This document shows positions 1 through 10,957 of a stretch of 64,000 nucleotides of DNA, piece after piece. The stretch is from contig OZ024756.1 of NCBI GenBank assembly GCA_964016885.1, positions 42,594,001 through 42,658,000 on the forward strand, given 5' to 3'. This stretch comes from Eledone cirrhosa (Eukaryota). The notes below the pieces were generated by a model that saw nothing but the letters and a program-made list of their open reading frames with translations, made no database searches and was not told the DNA's origin. A program made the translations under genes and the position numbers. How positions within the stretch are numbered: the stretch's first letter is position 1; every line of letters starts with the position of its first letter.

Positions 1-1370
1 AGACCGGCTGCCCATGGGAACTCCTATACGCAGATGATCTAACGCTCATAGCTGAATCAATGGCCGAGCTAGAGAAGAAATTCCAAACATGGAAGCACGG
101 CCTAGAATCAAAAGGCCTTAAAATTAACCTGGCTAAGACTAAAGTTCTAGTTTGTAAGAAAGAAAATAAGGCGGCGGTCCCCTCCGGGAAGTGGCCATGC
201 GCAGAGTGTAGGAAAGGCGTAGGTAGAAATTCCATTTTGTGTCCCAAATGCAAAGTTTGGGTGCATAAAAGATGTAGTGGGATCACAGGTAAGCTAACTA
301 AGAACATAGATTTTACATCTGGCCGGTGTCCTGGGGCAATAAGTAGCAGCAAGTGCCCACAAAATACTAGCTCTTTCAACTGCGCAGAGGGTTCTATAGA
401 AATAGTGGACAGCTTCCGTTACCTGGGTGACAAAATCAGCAGTGGGGGAGGGTGCTCTGAAAGTACAGTAGCTAGAGTCAGAACTGGGTGGAAAAAGTTC
501 AGAGAGCTTATACCACTATTAGCCGCTAAAGGGTTCTCCCTAAAAATGAAAGGCAGGTTGTATGATGCCTGCATACGAACAGCAATGTTGCATGGCAGTG
601 AGACCTGGGCATTGTGTGCAGAGGATATACGCAGACTAGAGAGAAACGAAGCTTGCATGCTCCGCTGGATGTGTAATAGTAATATACGTGAACGACAAAG
701 CATATACGAACTAAGGAAAAAATTAGAAATAAGAGGGATCAGATGTTGTTTACTAGAGAGAAGGCTACGTTGGTATGGTCACGTGATGCGCATGAAGGAC
801 GATAGCTGTATAACAAAGTGCAGGGCAATAAAGATAGACGGTAGCCACGGAATAGGCAGACCCAGAAAAACCTGGGACGAGCTGATAAACTCCGACCTCA
901 CACACTTACACCTCACCAAGACAATGTCACTGGACCGAGACCTTTGGCGGTACTCAGTAATAGAGAAGACCCGCCTTACCTAAATACAAAGTAAAACCTA
1001 CTACAGTCAGTAGGCATCTCTAACAAAATACACCCCCGTCCCACCACCCCCACCCCATCCACACCGCCCCCTTCTATGTAAAGTTATGTTGGTGCCACAC
1101 CATCCAGGCCGAAACAAATGAGATCGTGTAGGTGTCACGACAAAAACACACACAGTCCACGCTGTAATGTGGCCATGTAGGCAGCACGGTAAAAACCTCC
1201 CAGACCCACACTGTAAATGTGGTTGGTGTTAGGAAGGGCATCCAACTGTAGAAAACCTGCCAGACAGTCCTATGCGAGCAAGACAATCACTCTTGCCTCA
1301 AGTGGGAAAACCCCCGTCCAAACCCATGCAAGCGTGGAACACGGACGTTAAACTTTGATGATGATGATGA
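1..1370 (+). mobile_element. RTE-clade non-LTR retrotransposon (family A), 3' part: RT C-terminus, Cys-rich PHD-like insert, 3' UTR and (GAT)n tail
   Basis: Window starts in 'CPWELLYADD'. ORF 60-983 has CxxC..CxxC..HxxC..C, 'YLG', 'RRLRWYGHV' and 'GRPRKTW'. The 3' UTR ends in gatgatgatgatga next to (TA)n. Nearly identical to 17685-19040 (opposite strand) and 43076-44447. Confidence 0.95.
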
Positions 1371-1478
1371 TATATATATATATTGACGTACATGTACGTC
1401 AATACTCATCTTTTTCCATTTATCTGAGGGTTCTAAACCCCATTATCAGGCTAAAAATTCCTTTAGTCAAAAATACGG

Positions 1479-1519
<41 letters not shown>

Positions 1520-2203
1520 TATATATACATATATATATATACGGGGTAACAAATAATAGTTATATCCAGTCCACTTAGGTGTAGTCCAGTTATGGTATTC
1601 CAGGTAGTGGATGATATCAATGCTTGGCTTGGTTTGACTCAACAAGGCGTTTTCATAGTGATGCTGCGGGTATGCTGTAATTCCTATGTTGTAAACACTT
1701 GGAGTAATAATAAATCAGGAAAGAAGGTTGACATGGTTTGCTATACAAAAAAGGTTTTTAATCTCATAGCTGACAATTGTTTCTCTGAACTGATAGGTCT
1801 AGAGATCGCTATTCGCTTGTTTTCACGTTACTCGATCGCCAATACAAAATTATAACCAGTCAGTTCTTCGGAGCATGTGAGAATGAAGAGAATACACAGG
1901 CAAGAAAAGAATATACAGGCTACTATATGAAGTAGTAATGGCATTCAGTTAGAACAATAACAACAATTACAACAATGCTATTAATAAATTATTTGAGGAG
2001 ACCCTGACATTACTTAGGTGGGGGGTATAGTGTATCTAAGATTTTGGCGTGTAAAACTAGCTGTCATGAGGCAGAAGTAAAAGTTTGGCATGTACAGAGT
2101 ATCGAAGTGTGTATCAATTTTAAATTATAAAGATAAGCCAGTGTTTACAGTCTTTCTTTTCATCTTCAATAACATACATGAGTGGGACAACACTGTCAAA
2201 GCT

Positions 2204-2258
2204 AAATAGTGGTTGAGTTAATACAGAGGTTAAGGAGGTAATATACGCATATATTTAT

Positions 2259-2300
<42 letters not shown>

Positions 2301-2842
2301 GCACATGCATGTGTACATAGACACATACATACACATCAATATACACTCGTACAAAAATATACATACATGCAAAGAGATAAGCGTGCTAATTGTGATTATG
2401 GCAAAAGGAAGGTAAAGTTACATTGTAGTAGTGATTTGAGAAAAACTAGGATTTAGGATCAAATGGTGGTAGCAGCTGAGAAGGAATAAGTTTGTGGGTT
2501 GATGAGGTACTTACAGACATTGCCACTAAATTCATAAGATTCAAACCTCCGTGAATCGAACCAACACAACATAGTTTTAAATTAGGATACCCATTACCCA
2601 CAGAAATATACTCATTAAGTATACTCAAATGTCTGTAAGTACCTCATCAACCCACAAACTTATTCCTTCTCAGCTGCTGCCATCATTTGATCCTAAATCC
2701 TAGTTTTTCTCAAATCACTACTACAATGTAACTTTACCTTCCTTTTGCCATAATCACAATTAGCACGCTTATCTCTTTGCATGTATGTATATTTTTGTAC
2801 GAGTGTATATTGATGTGTATGTATGTGTCTATGTACACATGC

Positions 2843-2915
<73 letters not shown>

Positions 2916-2967
2916 AATATATGCGTATATTACCTCCTTAACCTCTGTATTAACTCAACCACTATTT
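2204..2967. repeat. Fold-back inverted duplication, arms about 320-340 bp, spacer about 105 bp
   Basis: 2204-2521 is the reverse complement of 2628-2967 apart from a few substitutions and microsatellite length. Confidence 0.95.
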
Positions 2968-3133
2968 CTGAGGAGGGCATGTATATGTGAAGGTATGTAT
3001 ATTTCCTCTGATAGTTTGTAATATTTTTACATAGATCTATATGATATACATACCAACACATATACATTTCAGAAACGATCGTAAAATGATGAATGTTTTA
3101 ATATAAGGAACTTGTTCTTTGTTTTTATTAATT

Positions 3134-3218
<85 letters not shown>

Positions 3219-3589
3219 TATGCATATACATATATATATATACATATACATATATATATATATATGTGTGTGTAATCTGATTTTTTCGAATATTAATAAT
3301 TACATTCGATTCGTTTGCAATTATACAAACAAGCCTCATTTTTTAAAGCCATGTCAGTAGAATGAACCCTTCATTCTTGCTCTTGTGTTGGCATGTAAAC
3401 AGAACTGCAGACACTAATGTTTCTGGGTATCACCCTTCATCATAGCAGAAGCTATCAACCACTTCTATGGATCTTTCGTTTGATTGGAAAAGGTTTATAT
3501 CCCATTGTTTACCCCTATGCCTAACCTTACTGTTAGTCTACCATTTATCCTAGTGCAGCTTGTTTACCCAACATTTACATTAGGTACAC

Positions 3590-4235
3590 CATATGAAGTT
3601 ATGTCTACTTGTTTTCTACATATAGATCAAGGCCACTTCCCTGAAGGGATCAGATCTTATCTTTCCTACTTAATAGCACTTTAGTTTTGGCTCAGACTCT
3701 CAGACCTTTTGATTCCAAATTCCGTTTCCATAGTTGGAACTTATTTTCTAGTTCTTTTATGAATTTTATTATAAATACGAAGTTCCCATGGACAGCCAGT
3801 CTTAAACTCCTCTGTTATGACCTGGAGAACTGTAATGAATAGCCTTGGGTTAAGGACCGAAACTTGATAAACTCCTACTTGTACCTTGAATTCCTCACTA
3901 AACACACTTTACTGACAGTCCCTCTGTACATGGCTTGCACTGCTTTTACAAGTCATACTTTTACACCTAATTTCTTTAAGGACCACCAGATAATAGATTG
4001 AGGTACTCTGTCAAAGTCCATTTCTAGATCAATAAAATCTAAATATAGTGGCTTATTCTTGACTAGGCACTTCTCTTGCAGAGATGAGAACATGTATTCT
4101 ACTTTTCCCAGGCATAAAACCAAACTGCATTTGAACTAATTTGATTCTTTCCCTAATTAGTTGCACTATAACTCTTTCTGTCACTTTCATAACTACATTT
4201 CTCTGTAGTTGCTCCTTTTTAGAGCATCACCCATT
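3590..4235 (-). mobile_element. Old degenerate RTE RT fragment
   Basis: Minus strand retains decayed 'QFGFMPG', 'FIDLE..FDRVP', 'EEFKTGCPWEL' and 'PSGKWP' motifs with stops. Confidence 0.85.
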
Positions 4236-4254
4236 GCACAACACTATTGTGTCT

Positions 4255-4720
4255 ACATTGCCAAAAGCTTTCCCGTAGAATAAGGTAAACATAAAGATAG
4301 GTAGGTCCTCAAAATGTTTGCTTTGTCCTTTATTGCAGGTCCTCAAGCAGTGTATGTACTCTGTCCTTTGTTGTATGTCCTAAAACTGTTTGCTTCTTCT
4401 GTCCTTTGTTACAGGCCCTCATATTGTCTTTGTGTATTGGAACATTTAGTCTAAGAGAACATATCTGCAGTCAGAAAAGCTGTCTTTTATTCTTTAAATA
4501 TAACCTTGTTTTATATATTAATTGGTTCATATGGATAGTTTCACTCATTATGGTAATTAAAGATATGCTGTTGTTGTTGTTGTCAGTGTAGTAGTAGTAG
4601 TTGTTGTTCTTTTCTTTCCTGTAATGGTTTTATACCATGAGACAGTTACTTCCTCAACATTCTTGGCAGTTTAGGCAGCTACTTCTTCAACCTTGTTGGA
4701 ATATAAGCAAAACAGTTGTC
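4255..4720 (-). pseudogene. Decayed terminal exon and 3' UTR of Ig-receptor copy 1
   Basis: About 4630-4693 reads VEEVAA*TAKNVEEVTVS and aligns to the copy 2 terminal exon (IEAVSVESKEKLEEISD / AEEEAVKSREKVLEGTVV). The acceptor cag aligns to caa. 4255-4580 is essentially identical to 46108-46435. Confidence 0.7.
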
Positions 4721-4804
4721 AAATATATTGTCTCTACTGCCGCACACTGTAAGAAACAAACTCTCATCTGGTCACTCTCTCTCACTTTCTTATATATACA
4801 TATA

Positions 4805-5182
4805 TCATCATCACCGTTTCACGCCCATTCTTCCACGCTAGCATGGGTTAGACAGGTTGTCCTGTTGTGGGCAGTGCCCGGTCGGCTGACCATGTCTTAC
4901 TCAGATGGGAACTGATTCTGGCTTGATTTCTACAGCTGGATGCCCTTCCTAATACCAACCTCATTTACAGTGTGGGCTGGTTCCATGGCGCCTACACGTC
5001 CACTTTACAGTGTGGGCTGGGAGCTTTTTTGTCGTGGCATCTCCACTACCACTTTGCAGCGGGTGGGGGCATATTGTTTATATGCTTCAGCTTCGGCTTG
5101 TACTCGTGGGAAGTCAGGTCTTCTGTATTACTGCGTGACGCCAGCGGTCTTTGAGAGGTGCAATTAGGTAAGGTCGGCTTTT
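4805..5182 (-). mobile_element. RTE family B 3' end (ORF end and 3' UTR)
   Basis: Matches 10960-11365, with a catcatc tail at the left end. Confidence 0.85.
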
Positions 5183-5214
5183 ATATATATATAGTTATAT
5201 ATATATATATATAT

Positions 5215-6708
5215 AAACAGAAAAAATGAAACAAAATTTCATTTCTCACTCTTAGTACGGCTGTTACTTAAATATAAGTATGTATACGTACATACATATA
5301 TGTATACAGATGTACAGTAGTATGTATATATATATACATACATGCACACATATATACATGTATGTATGGATTCACCGAACATTTATGATAATGCTCGGTG
5401 TGTTTGTAAACAAACATCCCGAATTAAGCCATACATACATGTATATATGTGTGCATGTATGTATATATATATATACATACTACTGTATGTCTGTATACAT
5501 ATATGTATGTACGTATACATACTTATATATATATATTTATATATAAAAACAAATAACGAAACGAAATTAAATTTCGTTTCGTTTGTAACTCACTTTTGTA
5601 TGACTGACGCTTAAACAATTAAGTTAAAAATGTACATCCACATATGTATACTGAAATACTAGTATGCATATGAATACACACACGTGTACATATGTAGATG
5701 TACCGAGTTTTTCACTGGTCACTTTACTGTGAGTGTCCAGCTATTCTGTATGTAAACACACAGACAAACCGGTTTTTAGAGTCATACTGGTTTTTGAGGA
5801 AACACCTTTCCTCTATTCTCCAGAAAGCCAGACAAGGAATATTGGACTAGTTTCGATGTTGTTACATCTCATCAGCAATATTTACCTATCTTCCACTACT
5901 AATTTTCATAGAAAAAGCATATAACGATATGTGCTTTTACGATTCTCTAGAAAGGCCGGAAGATAGGTAAATATTGCTGATGAGATGTAACAACATCGAA
6001 ACTAGTCCAATATTCCTTGTCTGGCTTTCTGGAGAATAGAGGAAAGGTGTTTCCTCAAAAACCAGTATGACTCTAAAAACCGGTTTGTCTGTGTGTTTAC
6101 ATACAGAATAGCTGGACACTCACAGTAAAGTGACCAGTGAAAATCTCGGTACATCTACATATGTACACGTGTGTGTATTCATATGCATACTAGTATTTCA
6201 GTATACATATGTGGATGTACATTTTTAACTTAATTGTTTAAGCGTCAGTCATACAAAAGTGAGTTACAAACGAAACGAAATTTAATTTCGTTTCGTTATT
6301 TGTTTTTATCGTCTCCGTTGAACCGGTACGTACTCACGCTCTATGCAAATTAGTCTGCCCACTACTAATTTTCATAGAAAAAGCATATAACGATATGTGC
6401 TTTTACGATTCTCTAGAAAGGCCGGAAGATAGGTAAATATTGCTGATGAGATGTAACAACATCGAAACTAGTCCAATATTCCTTGTTTGGCTTTCTGGAG
6501 AATAGAGGAAAGGTGTTTCCTCAAAAACCAGTATGACTCTAAAAACCGGTTTGTCTGTGTGTTTACATACAGAATAGCTGGACACTCACAGTAAAGTGAC
6601 CAGTGAAAAACTCGGTACATCTACATATGTACACGTGTGTGTATTCATATGCATACTAGTATTTCAGTATACATATGTGGATGTACATTTTTAACTTAAT
6701 TGTTTATT

Positions 6709-6789
<81 letters not shown>

Positions 6790-7195
6790 ATTTACATATA
6801 TATATATTTATATTTATATATATTTATATTTATATTTATATATATTTATATTTATATTTATATATTTATATATTTATATATTTATATTTATATATATATA
6901 TATATTTAAGCTTCAAACTAGTACATCGTTCCTGTGTCAGTGTTGAACAAAAAGGTGACGTGGTTGCCTAAACACTGTACGGCGTAATTCGGGCTGTTTG
7001 TTTGTTTACAGACAAACCGAGCATTATAATAAATGTTCGGTAAACCGATACGTGCATATATATGTGTGCATGTATGTATATATATACATACTACTGTACG
7101 TCTGTATACATATATGTATGTACGTATACATACATACATACTTACATTTAAGTAACTGCCGTACTAAGAGTGAGAAATGAAATTTCGTTTCATTC
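5215..7195. repeat. Nested inverted/direct duplication complex
   Basis: 5543-5894 is inverted at 5958-6309. About 5893-6240 is repeated directly at 6359-6706. The outer block 5215-5520 is inverted and more diverged at about 7000-7195. Three identical spurious ORFs (MSSYSVCK...) mark the copies. Confidence 0.93.
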
Positions 7196-7215
7196 TATTT
7201 CATTTCATCATTATT

Positions 7216-7803
7216 TCATTTCATTTTACGTCCGCTTTTTCCTTGCTTGCAAGGGTGGGACGGGAACTGATTCTGGCTTGATTTCTACAGCTGGATGCCC
7301 TTCCTAACACCAACCTCATTTACAGTGAGTGCTGGGTGCTTTTTTGCCGTGGCACCTCCACGACCACTTTGCAGTGGAATGATAGGGACCCAAGTCCCTA
7401 TCATCTCATTTCTACAGCTGAGCAAACTGGAGCAATGTGAAATAAATTGTCTTGCTCAAGGAAACAACACATCACCCGGTCTGAGAATTGGGTGATGTGT
7501 TGTTTCCTTGAGCAAGACACTTTATTTCACATTGCTCCAGTTTACTGTAGAAATGAGATGATAGGACTGGGGTCCATATCATTCCACTGCAAAGAGCATG
7601 TGGAGGTGCTATGGCAAAAAAAGCACCCAGCCCTCACTGTAAAAGTGGACGTGTAGGTGCCATGGAAAAAAAGCACCCAGCACTCACTGTTAATGAGGTT
7701 GGTGTTAGGAAGGACATCCAGCTTTAGAAATCAAGCCAGAATCAGTTCCCGTCCCACCCTGGCAAGCAGGGAAAAGTAGACGTAAAATGATGATGATGAT
7801 GAT
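7216..7803. mobile_element. Two head-to-head, 5'-truncated copies of the RTE-tailed SINE forming a fold-back
   Basis: 7216-7478 (minus) and 7490-7803 (plus) both match the SINE at 23910-24245. Confidence 0.88.
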
Positions 7804-7897
7804 TTCTACTAATAGAATCATACACACACACCAGCACACAGATAAACATACATATATCTACTTTCTTTATTTCAATAGAAATTCTGAATTTTGACAC

Positions 7898-8600
7898 CCC
7901 AGCACACCAGCCATATTCACTGAACCAGAACAATTATCCCATCCCGTTTTTCTTGACCATTATCCTTTGTTTTGCACAAAATTCTCTAAATGGCTACAAA
8001 AGAAATTCCCAAATACAGGCGCAAAATTTAATTTACTTGTTCACACGACAGTCATAATTTCATTTATAACCAATCAAATTACATTTCAGCACATCAGTCA
8101 TACTCACTGAACCAGAACAACTCTCTCTATCCCTTTTTCTTGACCATTATCTTTTGTTTGGCACAAAATTCTCTAAATGGCTACAAAAGAATTCCAAAAT
8201 ACTGGTGCAAAATTTAATGTACTTGTTCACGTGACAGTCATAATTTCATTTATAACCAATCAAATTACATTTATAAAAAAAGCCTTCCCGAGCCACTTTT
8301 TTTAAAGTAAAAAGAAATTCAAACACAAACTGGTGCGAAAGCTGATGTGCTTATTCACGTGACTGCATCAACCAACCAAACTTCACTCATATATGAAAAA
8401 ACAATTTGAGCCCCCTTTTTTTGAAGGCAAATATAATAAGAACTTTGTAATGCGAACTGGCGCGAAATTTATTATACTTATTCATATGACAGTCATCAAC
8501 CAACAAAATTACTTCTCTAAAAAACCTAGCATTTTGAGCCACTTTTTTCCATATAAAACAGAAGTAAGATTCGAACACCAACCAGATGTAAGAAAAACCA
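7898..8600. repeat. Degenerate tandem repeat: two copies of about 187 bp, then more diverged subrepeats of about 110 bp
   Basis: 'cagcac..cag.cata.tcactgaaccagaacaa' at about 7900 and 8087, and recurring 'ttcac.tgacagtca' and 'aaccaa..aaattac' motifs. Confidence 0.8.
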
Positions 8601-8884
8601 CAAACCCTCCATTTCAATTCTACTTTTCAAATGCATAAGAACTGCAAAACCAGTAAAGGAACCAAATAAATATATTTAAAAAAAAAAAGACTCCAGTTGC
8701 ATTTTCGATTTCATCTTTTTTCCTTATATATTTATATTTATATATTTATATATATTTACATATTGGATTTGCAATTTAGTCAAAATGTTTGGTTCTAATA
8801 GTTTCATAGACTGATCTGTTTTTCATACAAATCTATAAATATTTAACTTTATTCAAAACATAACATTTGGAATTCATAACATTT

Positions 8885-9055
8885 GGATAACCTCTGGAAG
8901 TTAAGAAACCTTCTCTGGGCAGAATAACCTCTGGAAGTTAAGAAACCTTCTCTGGGTAGAATAACTTCTGGAGGTTAAGACATCTTCCCAGGGCTGGATA
9001 ACATCTGGAAATTAAAAGTATCCCCTGGGTTGAATAATATCTGGAGGTTAAGACT
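8885..9055. repeat. 37-bp minisatellite, about 4.5 copies
   Basis: Unit ataacctctggaagttaagaaaccttctctgggcaga, progressively diverged. Confidence 0.9.
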
Positions 9056-9567
9056 CTTTATAGAACTGTCCAATAGGAAAACTGCTATTCAAATTTCCCA
9101 TAAACCATTGTTTCAAAGTATATAATGTATATATAAAGACTGACTGGGTAAAGTAGTTTGGCATGAAGTCTGTTATTATTGAACCCCAAATCAACCCTGA
9201 ATAAGTAAGCTTGTTATCAAAATATTTCTGTTACAACCATGCCACCTTTTTTAAAATCTATGTCTACACTAATGTCTTCTTTCTTGTTTTAAAAGTGGTG
9301 GGTGTGATTTGAGAGAGATTTGGCTGCTATTTTTAACTGATCAAGTGATAACATAGGTATGATATTATTGAGTGTAATTGAGGAAGGTGTGAACAACAAG
9401 CAGAGTTAGTACACACTACAAATAAGTTGTGGTAGGGTGTGAAGGTTGAGGAGGAAGTAAAGTTATAAAAGCAGTAAATGAGACAAAAATGAGGAGAAAT
9501 AGCTGAGTAGAAGGAAATATAAATTTGAGGGTTACTCAGATAAAAAGGTAAAAAAGAAAAGAAATAC

Positions 9568-9701
9568 TCATTCATTTGGTGGTGGCTCAGCATTTATTGG
9601 TGGCTCAGCATTTATTGGTGGCTCAGCATTTATTGGTGACTCAACGTTTATTGGTGGCTCATCATTTATTGGTGGCCCAGCATTTATTGGTGGCACAGTA
9701 T
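9568..9701 (-). CDS. Ig-receptor copy 1, exon 5: cytoplasmic tail with (PPINAE)n repeat, ends at read-through stop
   Basis: Acceptor ttctag, phase 1. Reads DTVPPINAGPPINDEPPINVESPINAEPPINAEPPINAEPPPNE*. Same position and flanks as copy 2 exon 47443-47491, but the donor is GA|atgagt instead of GA|gtgagt. Confidence 0.8.
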
Positions 9702-9965
9702 CTAGAAGATTAGTGAAAGAAAATATTACAGGGAAAATAGTTCTAGGTGATATATAATAATGGTATCTAACATAGGCACAAGGCCAGAAATCTTAGGGGG
9801 AGAAAATTAATTATATTGATTATAGTACTTTACTGGTATTTTATTTTATTAACCCCAGAAGGATAAAAGGCAAAGCTGACTTCTGTAAAGGTCTAGAATA
9901 AATACTGTCAAGTTTTTGTTCAACATTGACAACTCTGCCAGTCCAATGTATTGTTACATATATAT

Positions 9966-10143
9966 AATTGTTTCTACTTTTGGCACAAGGCCATCAATTA
10001 CCCAGTGCATTACTGGTACTTTATTTTATCGACCCCGTAAGGATGAAAGGCAAAGTGAACCTCGGCGGGATTTGAACTCAGACCGTAAAGGGACGTAACT
10101 ATGCTGGAAAGCATGGCGTCCGACCCTCTACCGATACTGCCAA
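9966..10143 (-). mobile_element. tRNA-derived SINE with Nin/Deu-like core; absent from copy 2
   Basis: Minus strand has A box (tggcagtatcggtaga), B box (gagttcaaatccc) and core gcctttcatccttacggggtcgataaaataaagtaccag. The empty site is at about 47895. Confidence 0.88.
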
Positions 10144-10764
10144 TATACATAATGTCAAGCTATTGACAACATCATCATCACGACCATTTTATGTTTATTT
10201 TCCCTTCTTTCATGGTTTTAATGGGTTGTTATATTCTGAGGCTAGACAGGTAGGTCAGATAAATGTGTCTTGCTCATACTTTCCATTTTGGCAGGGTTTA
10301 TATCATTGGTTGCCTTTCCTAAAGCCAACCACTTCACAGCATGAATCAAGTTCATTTTCTCATGGCACCATCAATACCATCTGATAGGGCCAAATGGATG
10401 TTTAAGGGAAAGTTAACATAAAATGAGATAAATATAAGTTAAGGACTAAAAAAACTCCATAGAACTTAATAAATATTTATGCAGAAAACTGTATATATTT
10501 AAAAATTAGATATAACCACATTTGTTTAATTAGAAGCCTTGCTGTGAAAGTAATAAAGTGTCAACTAAAAAAGTTGACATCAGGAAGGGCATCTGGTGGT
10601 AAAACATTGTCACAAAACATCACATACAAACACTGATAGAGGGAAAAGTGAACATAAAAACGATGATGTACTTACACTTCCTTCTCTTCACAAGACTTCT
10701 AATTAAAAAACTGTAGTTATATTTACATTAAATCACTAAATATACTAAGTTGTATATCACTAAC

Positions 10765-10878
10765 CTTTTATATAACTTTTTTGGCGGAATACAAAGAACC
10801 AAATTAAAAGAATGACAAGTATGAGAAATACGATAATTCCAAGGATGATACCAGCAATTGTGTCAGGAGCTAATCCAG
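10765..10878 (-). CDS. Ig-receptor copy 1, exon 4: transmembrane segment
   Basis: gataacag|...|gttagt, 114 nt, phase 1-1. Reads PGLAPDTIAGIILGIIVFLILVILLIWFFVFRQKSYIK, a hydrophobic helix followed by basic stop-transfer residues. Confidence 0.9.
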
Positions 10879-10957
10879 CTGTTATCAAGATAGAAAACAA
10901 CAGCAATAAGTAATGTTTCTAATATTGCCACATGATTTCAAATTTGGTGGGAGGGTT

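Noticed and set aside
1463-1855. Short ORFs on both strands as exons of a third paralog
   Set aside because: No similarity to the receptor exons and no consistent splice sites.
8885-9055. Possible repeat-coding exon of copy 1
   Set aside because: The 37-bp unit is not a multiple of three and gives an immediate stop in the required phase.
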